DNA of 64,000 nt from a candidate division WOR_3 bacterium SM23_42 (lineage in GTDB: Bacteria; Hydrothermota; Tepidihabitantia; SM23-42): the NCBI GenBank assembly GCA_001303785.1, contig LJUJ01000009.1, positions 43,569 to 107,568 of the forward strand. The letters run 5' to 3'. Shown here in pieces: positions 63,390 through 64,000 of the stretch. Every line of letters begins with the position of its first letter. The first letter of the stretch is position 1. The notes below the pieces were generated by a model. The model was given only the letters and a program-made list of their open reading frames with translations. It did no database searches and was not told the origin of the DNA. Position numbers and translations under genes: made by a program.

Positions 63390-64000
63390 ATGCTTTTTTT
63401 CAAACGCGAGAACAGATTTGTGCTGGATTCGTCGAGTATTCTTGATGGTCGGATAATTCAACTGTTCAACAAGAGATTCTTCGAAGGTAGGATTATCGTT
63501 CCGCAACTGGTCAGTTCCATCGTAAAGAAGGTGAGTGGATATAATGGCGAGAAGACACTATCGCTACTACAAAAGAGCGTGCCAGTTGAGTTTGTAACTG
63601 ATAAGAGCAATGGGTTGATCGAGGAAGTTTGCGTCTTGAGAATTGCCGATAAGCTAAAAGCAAAGGTCTTCACGACTTCCGATGAACTCTGCAGACAGGC
63701 GAAGTCCTATCCCAAGGTAAGAGTCATTGATATAAGGGATCTCTATCGTGCCCTGACTCCGATATTTACACCGGACCGTCTAATCTCGGTAAGGATTCTC
63801 AAGAAGGGGTTGCGATCCAATGAAGGTGTGGGCTACATTGAGGGTGTAAAAGTTGTCGTTGAGAACGCGGCAATGCAAGTTAATCATGTGGTCAACGCTA
63901 GAGTATTGACCATGATTTCTTCGGACAAAGGCAGTCTCGTGTTTTGCAGTCTGCAAGACGGCCAGGCAACTGCGAAACGTTACCGCAAACCGAGACGCTG
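63390..64000 (+). CDS. PIN/TRAM-domain protein (YacL-like), 3' end outside window
   Basis: Not in the ORF track because there is no stop inside the window. ATG at 63390 follows AGGAGG. The frame is open to 64000. PIN-like FVLDSSSILDGRI...GRIIVPQLV and a TRAM-like segment (EGVGYIEGVKVVVENA). The position after radA matches the radA-yacL arrangement. Confidence 0.7.
   Translation, partial: MLFFKRENRFVLDSSSILDGRIIQLFNKRFFEGRIIVPQLVSSIVKKVSGYNGEKTLSLLQKSVPVEFVTDKSNGLIEEVCVLRIADKLKAKVFTTSDELCRQAKSYPKVRVIDIRDLYRALTPIFTPDRLISVRILKKGLRSNEGVGYIEGVKVVVENAAMQVNHVVNARVLTMISSDKGSLVFCSLQDGQATAKRYRKPRR

Overview
All roughly 60 genes I can support in this 64-kb window are on the + strand. I recognised no rRNA, tRNA, CRISPR array, IS element, prophage or DNA-binding regulator gene. 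The organism looks like an uncultivated, probably anaerobic, diderm bacterium (mlaEFD, rpoZ-coaBC, dnaB, radA, PIN/TRAM yacL-like). Most of the window is one large acyl-CoA and amino-acid catabolism supercluster. (1) Three tandem acyl-CoA dehydrogenases are followed by etfB, etfA, a 1110-aa HdrA protein with an inserted GltD/NfnB-like NAD(P)H module, and a soluble HdrD-like CCG protein. (2) A B12/biotin block follows: a KamA-family radical SAM enzyme, MeaB, an isobutyryl-CoA-mutase-type large subunit (Phe/Gln signature), a B12-binding subunit, carboxyltransferase plus split biotin carboxylase and BCCP, a methylmalonyl-CoA-mutase-type large subunit (Tyr/Arg signature), a CoA-transferase, methylmalonyl-CoA epimerase and a methionine-gamma-lyase-like enzyme. 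(3) An archaeal-type HMG-CoA synthase / thiolase / DUF35 trio is interrupted by a GxxExxY gene. It is followed by methylcrotonyl-CoA carboxylase (beta, split BC and BCCP), an enoyl-CoA hydratase likely acting on methylglutaconyl-CoA, crotonase, 3-hydroxyacyl-CoA dehydrogenase and a second thiolase, then birA and cobO. The most unusual sequence-level signal is a family of eight ~95-150 nt imperfect-palindrome elements. All eight are co-oriented with the genes, sit between a stop codon and the next ribosome-binding site, and occur only inside the dehydrogenase/ETF and leucine/beta-oxidation gene strings. Other notable points: an unannotated AhpD/CMD-family ORF with an in-frame UGA in a CxxU motif and a downstream hairpin (probable selenoprotein); a frameshifted and internally deleted paralog tail; and a DJ-1/PfpI-repeat lipoprotein. 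All functional calls rest on motif and family recognition by eye; no database search was run.
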